Below are positions 39,689 through 52,400 of a stretch of 64,000 bases of DNA, in pieces. The stretch is from NCBI GenBank assembly GCA_907165135.1, contig OU015568.1, positions 10,850,001 through 10,914,000 on the forward strand, read 5' to 3'. This stretch comes from Oikopleura dioica (Eukaryota; Animalia; Chordata). The notes beneath the pieces are model-generated. The model searched no databases and was not told the origin of the DNA. It worked only from the letters and a program-made list of their open reading frames with translations. Position 1 is the stretch's first letter. Each line of letters starts with the position of its first letter. Made by a program: the position numbers and the translations under genes.

Positions 39689-42600
39689 CTAACAGTTTAT
39701 ACAGTCTGAAAGAAACGCAATTATCAAGCAGCAGAAGAGGATATTAAGCGCCACCACTGAAATGTTTTCGTGATTCCAAAGGATTTAGTAATTACTTACA
39801 AGCTATGTGAGAGATAGTAAACATTTGTGTCCCTGAATTTGACGTTTGTTGATAGACTGTGGTCGGGATATAATCTGTATGATTCACAACAACAGGCGTA
39901 ACAGATCCTTGTTGATAAACTGGTATTGGAGGTTGGTACTGTACTGGATAGGTCGTTACGGCGCCATTGGAATGATGAACGACATCCTGAGTGTGTAAGA
40001 AAACGTAACTGTTAAATTGAGTACCTGAGTTGGCTGCTGCTGAACGTAAGTGACATGACCTGGCTGCTCAACGTATTCAATATGCGAGCTTTGAACTGGC
40101 ACGACAGCATTTGTTGGGACTTAAACCTAGGTCTAGGATCTGGGGTGACAGGAGGTGATCTGAAATGAGTCGCCAGAAATGAATCACCAAAAGATGTGAT
40201 CGGGTTTCTCGGATCACCTCAAAAAGGTGATCGAGTCCCGATCACCAAATCAATTTCTGGGAGTTCTTCGATCACCAAATTCGGGTGATCGGATCTCCAA
40301 AGTCGAATTTCGGTTGATGAAGTTTTTGAATTTACTTTTTTATTCATTTTTGTTAAGTTTTTTTATAAAGTTTTTTATTTCTTCCGACAAAAAGTCGCTT
40401 CAAGTATCAGAAAGCTTTTATTAATAATTGTCATCTTGTCTTGAGGTTTGACATCAGTTGAATCATTTTTAAAACCTTCCGATTTTTCGATAGAGAGCGC
40501 GAGAGAAATCTGGTGCAAAACGCCATCATTCTTGAGAAATTTCACGAAAATTCGCACATCGCAAAAATTATGTCAAACGGATTACCACCTTCGAAGAAAT
40601 TGAGGGCCTAAGTCACTGTGGTCGGTTTTACCGACCCCGTGTATTGAGAAGTTAATCCTTTCTTTAGTTCCTTTTTTGATTTTCCGGAAATTCAGAACCC
40701 TTAGTAAGGGTCCCTTACCGTAAGTAATCCGTGAATCCAAAGTAAAGGGTAAGTAAGTAAATGCAAAGTATTATTGAGTCGGATAAGAGGGTTGAAGCGT
40801 ATTTCGCTCCCGGGAGAGCCCTTTTCATGATAGTAGAAAGTGAAATGGAGATGTATCTCTATAAATTTCAAATATAGAGTGGTCGAAAAAGTGATTTGAC
40901 ATCAAAATATCCACCCCTGCCCTGACCATAATCACACGACTTTGGTGATCGAAAATGTTTGGATCACCAGTCAGAGGTGATCTCGATCACCTAAATCACC
41001 AAAAATTCAGGCGGGTGATCGGCTCCGATCACCTCGTTTAGGTGATCCGCGGAACTCTATCACATCTTTCGGTGATTCATTTTCAGCGTCTCATTTCAGA
41101 TCACCTCCGGTCACCCCAAATCCTAGACCTAGACTTAAACTTCATATATGACCATTGATAAGAAGCCTTTACCAGTAATTTGCTCTTCTTCTCTACACTT
41201 ATCGAACAAAAGATCGACGATCGCAACGAGAGAAAGTATCAAGCTGATAATAGCCAGTCCAAAACTGGCTTTACGAAGCTTGCAACATGTACTTCCATAA
41301 CAAGACCTGCCGTAGTAGTAATAGATATGTAGGATCATCACCTGTGTAGCAAAATTTATAGCAGATATGAATGGAACAAGACCATTTCTAGTGTATACAG
41401 AGCCTACTGCTCTTTTTCCGTAGGATTGCCCACAAGCAAAAAAAACAATGATGAGAGCGAAATTCGTCAGTAGCCAGAACCAACTTGTGATCATTGAGTC
41501 ATAAACGCCCCTTTTCTTGGATTTAAATTTTAAAATATCAGTTATTGAAAAGAACTTATTGTCAATAAATTATTGACTTTGGTGACTATGAAAATATAAA
41601 CGGGTAGGATTCATTTGCACAATAGCTTCGTTTGCACAGAGCTTCATCTGCACAAGAGCTTCATTTGCACATTCTGTGCAAACGAGGCTTTTGTGCCAGT
41701 GAGGCTCTTTGGCAAATGAGTGTCAAATTATATTTTTGATAAAAAAAAATTGAAATGTTTAAAAATATATGGAGAAAATTAAAACTTATTAGTTTGACGG
41801 TAGTATTTTATCAAGTTTTTTGTATCCTTAGTCAAACATAAGAAATTATCTAGAAGAGTTAACTGAAAAGTTTAATTGTATCGAGTAGGTCTGCCAGACG
41901 CCAGAAAACTGCGAGTGTATGTCGCGTTGACTCATCGCAATTTTTGAACATACCAGAATGTTTGGGAGCACGCTCACTTAGACTTTTCACTCACTTGGAC
42001 TCGCGCTCATTCTAACCCGCGCTCATTTGAACCCGTCGGTCCAAGTGAGATTTTGGTTCAATCGAGCGCGAGTTGAAGTGAGCTTTCCATTTTGCGTGGG
42101 CGAGCGTACTGTATTCTCAGTGGATAGTCTTAGTATTCTGAATTCGTTTTCTTAATTTTCTGCGGAATAAGAAATTTTTCTGAAAACTTCCGACAGTCAG
42201 TAACAAAAGCCTTTTGTCAATAGGAAGTTACAAATCACTGAAAAAGATTGAACCAGTTATATTCAATGCATAAAGTTTAATTTATGCCATAAACATTATA
42301 ACTAGTAATACCAAAAATTGATTGTAACGTTTTTGTTGAATTATTTCGGATAAAAATATAACTCTTAGCGCAATTTTTCGTAAAAAAAGTACCGATTTTG
42401 AGGTACCTTCCTCAATTTCTAGAGCCTCTAGCGCCTCTAGACAAGATAACTTTCTAGAGTTTATAAGAAAAGTTTACAAGTGGGCAACCGAAATTTTGTT
42501 CTGTCTTGCAGACACTAAGTCTTGTAGACAACAGACACTTGCAGGAATGCATGAACCTCCAAATTATCACCCTTTAAAATTGTACAAAATTATTTGATAC

Positions 42601-43281
42601 TGCTATCAAAAAGTAAACTAAAGTGACTTGAAAAAATTTCTCGATTATGTCAACCGGTGGCAGTCACCGGATTCATTTTAAAATTTCTTTTTTTTTTAAG
42701 AAATTTTTTTATGTAATTTTTGCACTCATTCTGACTCCTCGCTCTATTCAACCAACACTCCTATTGACCGACGAGTTCAAACGAGCGAAGAGTTAGAATG
42801 AGCGCGAGTCCAAGTGAGAGAAAAGTCCAAGTGAGTGCGCTCCGAATGTTTGAGCCAGAACCAATTTCATTATAATTTATAATTTTTATAATTTATAAAC
42901 CCAAATGATTATAAAATCGATTGATTATTGAGAAGGGTTCATAGAGAACGCAAAATTTGTTTTGATCTGCTAAGAAAGATTTTTTCCTTATTTGAGAAAT
43001 TTTCTGAACAAAAATAATATCGACGATATTATATCGTCGGCAGCCAATAAGCGTAAATTGAAAATGCCCACGAAATCGAAACCCTCATTAGCACAGAGCC
43101 TCACTGGCACAAAAGCCTCTTTTGCACATATTGTGCAAATGAAGCTCTTGTGCAGATGAGGCTCTGTGCAAATGAAGCTATTGTGCAAATGAAGCCTACC
43201 CAATATAAACCCATAACAACAGGAGTTGTAATTGTAATAAGGATAACCATGATAATAATAGAACGACTCTTTTTCTTCCAT
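39689..43281 (-). CDS. 4-TM tandem family member B; two introns expanded by transposons
   Basis: Exons join in frame once introns 41511-43210 and 40120-41172 are removed; alternative start at 43371. Confidence 0.65.
40127..41132. mobile_element. MITE, CTAGG family copy 3
   Basis: TIRs as in copy 2; 8-bp TSD ACTTAAAC at 40119-40126 and 41133-41140. Confidence 0.95.
41602..43201. mobile_element. Non-autonomous long-TIR element (Mutator-like), outer element
   Basis: About 120-bp TIRs starting GGGTAGG(A/C)TTCATTTGCAC; 9-bp TSD AATATAAAC at 41593-41601 and 43202-43210. Confidence 0.9.
41965..42843. mobile_element. Nested non-autonomous TIR element (Mutator- or Merlin-like)
   Basis: About 80-bp TIRs starting GGAGC; 9-bp TSD GAATGTTTG at 41956-41964 and 42844-42852. 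Confidence 0.85.
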
Positions 43282-43451
43282 AATTTCCTCTTTATGCCAA
43301 CTATCCGAAAAGCCCTTCTTCTCACGCCTCTGAATTATTTGTACAATTATTTGGTTACTAGGGACTTCCATAATCTGTTGGTGTGATGCAAATAAAATAG
43401 AAATAGGAATTATTTCCTACAGTTGTTGTCGTTATCTGTATTGCTTTGGTT

Positions 43452-44320
43452 TCAGTAAGAAAGACAGCCGCTGAGAAAGCCAATTATCATGGCGCAGAAT
43501 GCGGCATTCAGGACCATCACTGAAGAATAAAGTGGTAAATAAAATTTATTGGGAACATACGTGCAATATGTCCGTAATTGAAAAGATCTCTTCCGGTATT
43601 TGGATCGTCTTGCGGGACTGGTTGAACGCTATACTGAGTCGTCGGGACAATGACTGGCTGTGTTGGTGTATAAACTGGAGCTTGGTATGGTGCTTTTTGC
43701 ATGCTCGATTCTTGATAGCTTGGAGGATATGGGTTTACTGTAAACGGATCCTACTTTAGCTACTGTAACTCGTTAATTGACAATAATCTTGTTTGAGGAT
43801 CTGACTGTGCCTGGTACGGGCTGTTGGACAAGTGTCGGTACTGTAATAGGAACGACTGCGTTTTGTGGTGCTAAAACGAATTCATGCAAATATTCCTAAC
43901 ATATATGTTACGTGGAATCGGTTCTGGTTCTTGGCAAGAAGCAACAATAAGGTCGATGATAACCACAACCGATAGAATGAGACTAACGATTGCCAGTCCA
44001 AAGCTTGCTTTCCTGATATTGTAGCATGTTGAATCGCACTTGTAGTAGAGGTCCCAATAGTAATAACCATCCCAAAATGCGTAAGCGTAATGGACATAGA
44101 GTACCATGACTTGAGTCGAAAAATTGATGGCTGCAGTGAAGGGAATCAAAGCGTTTCTTCCATACACTGAGCCCACATTTCGCTTTCCCTTCATTGCTCC
44201 TAATCCGAAGAAAGCAATAAGCAATCCTTTATTCATCACCACCCAGAACCAGGTTGTTATCATTGCATTGTAAACCCCCTTACAAATATCGTATACATAA
44301 TCACTTGATATTTTCTCCAT
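43452..44320 (-). CDS. 4-TM tandem family member A
   Basis: ORF 43871-44320 plus P/Q/Y-rich exons and a terminal TM exon VMVLNAAFCAMIIGFLSGC; possible upstream ATG near 44377. Confidence 0.7.
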
Positions 44321-44480
44321 GATTGAAGAATAGTTATCTCTTGTTTGATCCTGGTCGTTCTGGCAAGTCCTTCCATGGTGAGATTATTTGGTTACCAAAG
44401 GAGACAGATAGTAAATGCAAATAAGAAATTCAATTCAAGTCTGAAACACAACTAATTTATTTTCAGCAATTTTCGAGTAT

Positions 44481-44934
44481 TTATGAGCTCTTATTTCCGC
44501 ATCTAGCAAGTCGTTTGAGAACCTTCTCAACAGACATCATTCTTGAGACAATTCGCTCGGACATGGATGGCTTGCAATCGGCGATGTACGCAGAGGCGAC
44601 ATCTAAAAAGTTGATTCAGAGTTCATAACCAAGACTTACTGGTGATCTTTCGCTTGATGGCACCAGCAGCCTTGCAAGGATCAGTAGATCGTTCTGTATC
44701 ATCAGCAGGGAGGTCTACTTCTTCCATTGTGCACTTTTTCACGGCGGCACTGAGCGTATCCATCGTCTTTTCAAGCTGTTTCTTTTTCTTTTTCGCAATT
44801 TTATCTTGCTTTGATCCGAGTCCGGTGAATGCACCAACCAATTCAGTCACTTGCTCTTTCACACTGGCGAGTTGGGACTCAGGAGTTCTAGCACCGTAAG
44901 CTACAGCAGCGAGAGTCAAAAAACCGAGTTTCAT
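44481..44934 (-). CDS. Small secreted helical protein with four Cys
   Basis: Signal peptide MKLGFLTLAAVAYG; second exon joins in frame (KIT|NVASAYIADCK...). Confidence 0.7.
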
Positions 44935-46018
44935 CTTTTTTCGAAACCGCTTTCGATTAATTTGGAGTTGATTAGAGACTCGAAGATCAAGTGGAAATGA
45001 ATTTTAATCCGTGACATATAATCTATTGCATATAATTGCATCATTTTCGAATTGTCTGGCAAAAGTTGATCTTGGAATGACTTGTATAAGAAGTTCGAGA
45101 ACACAATTGTTATTTGCAATTTATTCAAACCAAAAATGATTCCTTATCAACATCATCTCTAGAACTTCTGTTGTTATCAGGGCTAAAAGCGTCAACTTGA
45201 TCAGTCTTCGGATTTTCCGAGTCCGGCGCGAGTAAATTTGAGGTATGTTCATAATCTATTTATTTCCTAGCAAAAAGTATTGAGTTACTATTTATTTAAG
45301 AAATAATTTTTAAGGACAGCTGAACGAACACGAGTTGGCGAATACATCTCAAGCCTTGTCCATCAATCACGACGACAGCATCGAGATGAAAACGCAGCAA
45401 ATGACCTGGGTTCTTGAAAAGAAGCTCACTGATCAATTGGTTCCAACGACAGAAAGATATGCTAACGATCTCAATAAGAGATCCTTTGATGTGCCCATTT
45501 CGATGAAAATCATCGGCAATCTATCTCAAAGAGTAATAAAAGCCTATCTCATATAATCTTATATCTGTTTCTTTGACTTTCTTGCATGATGTTGTTAGCT
45601 TAGAATACTCAAGTGGTCAGTGGGCGGTTTGATTGGTAGTCTTGCGGTAGTGATTCTAATGAAGATATTTCCTGGAAACATATTTTATAGTATAAAATAC
45701 CGGTGTCTACAATTAATTACGAATTTTTATTTATGTATAAGATTGTATTTATCTAATTACATATCTAATTATGTATCTAAGATTATAGAAATATTCTTGG
45801 CAAAATAAATAAAAATCTTAGAAATTCTAGAATCAGACAGCTCTGCTTTGTTCATGAGTCATTACTTTCTTTTGTCGTTGCTTATTCGTCGCTAAAGAAA
45901 AGCGCGCCGCTGATTGGCCGCTTAGATTGACGCGTAATTCAGTTTGAGAAATTTCGCTTCGAAGGACGCATTCTGAGAAAATCGTTTATTCGTTCTTCTG
46001 AGTGATTTTTCAGACAGC

Positions 46019-49000
46019 ATGAACAACAAAGAGAATGTTTCAACGGAGAAAAATGACTGGATAGACAGAATTAAGGATGTTGAGCGACAGAAAAAATGCT
46101 TCAAGGATAAGCAAGATGTTTTTCAGGTATTTTTTGGAAGTAAAGGATTCTCTATGATGATAAAAGTCATCGCTAATTACTTCTTATATTAATTACCTCA
46201 TAAATTACTCATTTCCAATAATTTTTCAAGGAGATCATGTTCGAATTCTTGCGGTCGAAGACCATCGACAAGAATGACAAAGATATGCTGACATTCTTTA
46301 CCGACAGAATTCGCTACATCAGCGCTCCGAAGAAGTTCTACGAGCTGATGTGTTCAAACGACATTTTCACCGAGTGTGCGCGATTCTGGATTCTTTGGTC
46401 GTTGCTATCTGATGGTAAGGAGGAACAACTGAAAAAGATCGACCAGGGCCTGAAGCGAATTACGAGAGGCAGCGAAAGTGCGAACTTGCAGAAGTACAGG
46501 ACGAAGATCTCCATGCCCAGCAGAAAAAGAACTGTGCGAGGGAGGGGTTGAAAATTATTTAGAATAAAAGCAGTCCTCGTTGATTTTAATCGATTAATTT
46601 AAACCCTTCTAAAGACACTCATTTCTGGAGCAAGGAAAATAACATTACCTCCTTGGGTACGGCGCATGAAGATCAGAAAATCGTCAAAATGTACCAAGAA
46701 AAGAAAATCACGAGCTTCACCGGTGAGGAAATCTCGTCGATAGAAGAGCTGAAAGCAAAGAAATGGGCAGATCAGCGTGAGGCAAATGCGTTGCAGCTCA
46801 AAATCGCCGAGTTGGAAAATCAGTTGATTCGAAAGAATCAACAAGAAAGACAATCTCTTCCATCGCCAACGGTTCCTCCTCCACAGAATGATCGCCCAAA
46901 ACAAGCGGATTCTCTTTTATCGAAAGACTCGTTCAACATTGAGACACCGGCGATCCCGAAGATTCACGAGACATGCTCCGGCGGCGGTTTCACCGAGAAT
47001 CTCTCTCAGCCTATCAATCTTCCATCACAGGAATCGATTCAGAAGCGACTTGAACAGCCCTCTTCGTCTACTGAGTTCACCCAGCCGACGATATCGGATG
47101 CGTCGAGTTTGCTGACCCCTCTTCAAAAGAAACCGAAACAAAAGCTAGAGATCTTCCAGGAGGAAGACACCCTTGTCTTCAACAGCCAAGCTCCTCAGGC
47201 AACACAAGAGATCTCACAAGCGCTGTCCTGTCTTACACCTGTCCAAAAGCCCAACCGAAATCCGATTCAAATCTTCGAAACGACTGGCACGGAAGCACTC
47301 ACACCAGTTTCGAAGCCTATTCCAAAGCCATTCGCGGACGATTCCTCAATTGATCTAGGTCCAAAGACGCTGGACAAAACAAAAGGAACCCAGCCTATGA
47401 CGACTCCGATAAACCTCCGACAAGGAAAAAATATCGGACTCACTCCTCAGCAGCAAAATCCTCAAATGTCTGGCTTTACGGAACAATTACGCACTGATTG
47501 CCCATCGTTGAGCTTTACTCCCACCAGGCAAGGCGAAGAATTCAAGAAGCCAACTCAAACATTCAATCTTGAGAAGACGCCAGAACGGTCAGATGCTCTG
47601 AAACGCGATTCGAGACATTTAACTCCTCTTGGCAATCGCTTCCGTCCAGAACAGCCAACTTCTGTCGGTAGCGATACTCGACCGCCAATCACCCCAACTG
47701 GAATAGTCAACAATGTCAACGAGATGGTGAATAACTTCTTTGCCCCGACAATGGCACTGACGCCTAACAACAAAAGAAGATCCGTAAAGATTCAAAGGAA
47801 ACAAAGCACAAATGACTTCATGAACATGTTCACTAACCCGTTAGGAGGCACAACAACAGATGATGACACTCCAGAGCCGGAGCGTCTACCTGCTGTTCAA
47901 AAGAAAAAAATCTCGGTTCCGAAATTCGACGATGATACACTTGCAATCATGAATTCCCCAGGGGTTAATCAGAATGCAGCAGCCATGCTTGAAGCCTTCG
48001 ACCAGTCGCTCAATAAGACAGAAGGCGTGATGTCAGAAACTCAGCGAATCAAAAGCGAGCAAGAAATGACCTTCGGCTTCGCAAAAGTTGACCCGACAAT
48101 TATCATGTTCGCTGGAAAGACGACTGATTTCAACAGTATGAAGACAGGTGTCTTCGAGCCGCCCAGTGCTTCAACAAGATGCGTCAGACTTTCGAGGAGT
48201 GTTGCTGAGGCTAAAGGTAAAATACTCAATAATATCAAGCTAGGAGTTTTCAGGGCCTTTGAATCCATGGAGTAAGCAATTCGTTGACATGCAAATGGAC
48301 GAGATGGACATCGCAATCGATTCCAAGGAATCAAGTACGCTCTCTTCCTTGATTTCAGGAGTCTTAACTCAATTTTAGAATTTCTGCCGAAAATGCCTGT
48401 CCACGTTCAGGGACACGAGTTCAAGCATCAGGAAATGGTCGGTGAAGGCAACTTTGCGAAAGTATACAGATACGAAAGTGCAACAGGAGGTGATGTCGCC
48501 GTGAAGGTCCAAAAGGAATCCGAGCCGTGGGAGTATGCGATTCTTGCTGAAGTGCAGGACCTGTTGAAGGGAACGCCGGCAGAGGAGAGCATTCTGAAGC
48601 TTATTCATTTCACCAAGGTTTGTTTTCTTGAAATTTATTTAAAAATAGCTCGATTTCAGTATCCTAATTGCGGTGTAATGGTAACTCCCTACTACGTCAA
48701 CGGCACACTTTTGAGTCTCTGTGGCCAGGCAAAACCGCTTCTATCGACTCGAGCTGTTTCTATGAAGCCCTTCATTTTATTCTTCGCCGCCCAGCTAACT
48801 GCGCTTCTTGTTGAGGTTAGAGTTGCAATCAGTTATCAGTTCTGAACGCTGTTTTTAGCTTCACGGGAAAGACATCATTCACGGCGATTTCAAGCCGGAC
48901 AACGTCATGCTTCTCCCGATCGACGATTTCGAAAGCGCTTTTGGTGAAAATAAAAACATCCAGGGCGTTTGCTTGATCGATTGGGGCCGTTCCATCAACT

Positions 49001-49438
49001 GCGGTGTCTACAGCGGAGCTTTCAAGGGAAAATGCTACACCAGTGGCTTCATGTGTGCTCAAATGGTCAAGAACGAGCCTTGGCGATTCCAAGTCGACCT
49101 CTATGCACTGGCGATGTCGCTTTACATCGTCATGTTCGGGGATTACGCGAATGTTGACCACGACCCTATTTTAACAAAAAGCAAATGTAAGTTTTCTTGG
49201 AGACTTGAGTGTATGATATTCGATTTCAGTGAGCACGTTAACGATTCCTCGACACTTCGACCGCCGGGTCTGGCCGGAGATCTTCAACAGCTTGATGAAT
49301 TACGACTCGTTGGAAAATCCAGTCGACCTTCTCCAAGAAAAGCGAGACTACTTCGCGAACGAGTATAACGCGCTCTCTCCACGAGAAAAGGAGAACTTCA
49401 AGGATCACTACCTCCGTCACCTTGAAAACTCCGCTTAA
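46019..49438 (+). CDS. BUB1: BUB1/MadBub spindle-checkpoint kinase
   Basis: GLEBS motif MYQEKK...EEISSIEELKAKKW, NPW, GEGNFAKVY, PWEYAI, IHGDFKPDN, IDWGRSI and PWRFQVD. Confidence 0.9.
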
Positions 49439-52400
49439 ATTATTCTTATGTAAAGCTCATCACATTCCATTTTTTGCTCACACACCTGCCAGTTATCCTC
49501 TTTTGGTTCACACTAAATAAAACTCAAACTATTGATATAATAGAAACCAGGAAAGTCCATAGTTTTCTGGATTGAAAACAAATGTTTTATGATTATAATA
49601 TTGCAGTGTTACAAATTGGATGAAACGAACGGATGTTTACGTTCTATCTATGCTCGCAAACTTGTGAAAGCTATTGGCATTAAACGTATTTACGATGAAG
49701 TTCTTTTGGAGAGCTCTGCAGCGGCGCCTTCAAAGCGGAGCGTGAAGTCGATCGCAGCTGAGTCCAGAATAAATGACAGTGATGGGACAGTAGATGCTTC
49801 CGTTGTGGACAGGTACTTTAGTGCGGAACTCTCTTATAATTTTCACGACCTTGTTTTACGTGTTACGAGATCTCCTCTTTTTTCCTTTTTGATTTAACGG
49901 TGCTTTATGAAATAAGAAAGTATTTTTGCATACACATATTTCTCATATTTACGCGGCATATTTTGGTCATGTGGCTAAGGTCGTTGCCTGGGTTAAGCTA
50001 ATCCGCGCTGAGCTCGACTTCTCAACAAACGGTTTTGGCCTTTTCTCTTCTCACGAGCGATTTCCGGATTCGCCTATCGAGATAGCCGCGCTAGAAAGTG
50101 TTTGCTTTTCTCATCAGTTCCATTCTACCCAAAATATACTAAACACCTAAATAACGGAACCCCGTTTTCTCACAATTATTTAGCTTGAGCCTTGACCCTC
50201 TTTTCTTACTTTCCCGAAAGTAATCTACGCTTAGTTAGTGTAATAAATAATTAATTGACGATCGCGAAAAGCAACAACTCACTGGCTCGGGTATTTTTGC
50301 GCATCAAATTCTCAAACTTGTATTTTCAGCTAAACAACAGCTTCCAATTACTTTCCAATGGTTCAGAATAAGGTGCTGAATTAATTTGATATTCCCTTAT
50401 TTTTAAAGATCCGCAGAAGGGCCTTCTTGCAACAGAAAACACCAAAATTAACTTACCAAACATCCTTCTTTTTTTGATCGGACGCAATTTATTATCACAA
50501 TAGCGCAGGTCATGAATTTTTTGCTGAAGCTAATTTCATCAGTAACTGATTCCCTCGAATGTTTGCTCAGATTTGCGAAAACAACAAAGCACGCGAGTGT
50601 TTATGTAGAAACAACCCTTTTCGCTGAAGACGCGACGTAGTACGATTGGCTAATTTAGATGAAGACGCGCTCGCTTAGGTGGCGCTCTTCGATTTTTTCT
50701 TTCGAAGCTCTTGAATCAAATTTCCAAGACCTGATTCTAGCGCCCATGATGATCTAAATATTCATTCATCTAATAAGAAAGTAACTTAGATTACTCAACT
50801 AGAGGTTATTAAATTTAAGAATTATCTTTCGAAAAAAATTAAAACTAAAAACAAAAGTATCGCGCTTTCAATTAGAAGGGAGTAAATTTTGAACTATTAG
50901 CTCAATTTATTGGCAATTATCTTGAACGTGTTTGTTTAAAGATGTTCCGTTCCATCTAATTGCTTTTCCGCAGTTTTCTTGGGGTTTTGGTCGATCCATG
51001 TTTTGTTACACATAATCGCAAGTTCTTACCAAGACATTATCGCAAAACAAAGCATTGATGATAGTTATTAATAAAAATGATAATCCACTAAACGAATATA
51101 GAGCTAGTAAGCTTTCGAAGCGCTTCTTGGTGGTGGTTTGGCGCGGCGGAGCACGGTAGAATTGAGTGATGCGCCGCTCTGTGGCGCCCCAATCGACTCC
51201 GAGCTCATCTACCATCATCGCGTCTGTCTCATCCTCTGCCCGAATCGACGAAGAAGGAACATCTACAGGACACTAGAATCGATCAACAGCAGAAAAAATC
51301 TACTAGAGACCAGAGACTTCAATCATCAACAGCCGAAAAAGAAGGTGAGTCGAATTATAAAGGTTAAAAGGTCAAAAAACAAAGAAGCACTAGGGCCTAA
51401 TAAGTGCGAGTCAAAATAGGGTTTATTGGGAAAATAAGGGATTACGAGTGGTTTTTTGAAAGAGTACTGAAACAGGGGGACAAAGGTGCGAGGTTTAACG
51501 TTGAAAGTTGAAAAATACAAAGCGCTAGAATCAAGTATCGACAACGAAACACGTCATAGTTCGACACAGTTTTTGACACTGTTGGTGACACGTCAGGTCG
51601 AGGCCAATAACACCGGGCTGGAATTTTCGAAATTCTTAATTTTATCTGAATCTGTTGTTTCAGAGCTCTTCTTCTTCATTTTTAATCATTGATACTCAGA
51701 GGCTTACAAATGAAAGTTCGAACTAGAACTTTTGCGCTGACTTTTCTGAAATAAAAAGTTCTGAAAAAAGATCAAATAGATTTCTTCACACAACAAAGGA
51801 AGACGTTCCAAGCGCAAATTGAATAAAAATCGAAAATTGAAAAAAATCTGTCCACAACGTTTCCCATTGATAATTGTCGGCGTCCACTTTGATGTTTCCG
51901 AAGACTCACCAGAGTAATCACTTCCAGTGATGGTAGAGACGCTTCTCATGATTCGGGGGGAATGCTTATCGGATTCTCTTACTGTAGATTTCGAAAAGGG
52001 GAAACGGCGTGTTCCGGAGAAGGGAACTCCCTTGTTCTGACTGTTGCGTTGGATGATTCCATGGTATCAGTTCCGGGGAATTACCTGAGTGTCGGCGCCG
52101 GACTCATCTTTGTTTGGAAAAATCATTCCGCCAACAGCTGAAGGGCCAATTCAGTCCTCCATCAACAATCAAATCAAACACCAAAAATCCAGTTGCCATT
52201 CTTGTTTCAGGGCCATCGCCCAAGGCTTGTGTGCCCTGCTAATTCCATTTTGTATCGAATTTAACAGGCAGAGGAGCAACTAGAAATTTAGCTTATGATC
52301 CGATTCTGGCTCCGCTCTGAGCGATATCAGGATTGAGCGAGCGGAGCCATAATTAGAGAAGCCGTTTGCGGCTTCGAAAGGAAATAAAAAAGCCGCGCAA

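Noticed and set aside
42988-43210. ORF continuing as FILGRLHLHNSFICTEPHLHK...
   Set aside because: This part is read-through into the transposon TIR, not host coding sequence
45335-45556. 73-aa ORF between the secreted-protein gene and BUB1
   Set aside because: No ATG start and no in-frame upstream exon could be constructed
51704-52283. Short ORFs in the desert upstream of the EVI1-like gene
   Set aside because: Could not be joined into a consistent spliced model on either strand
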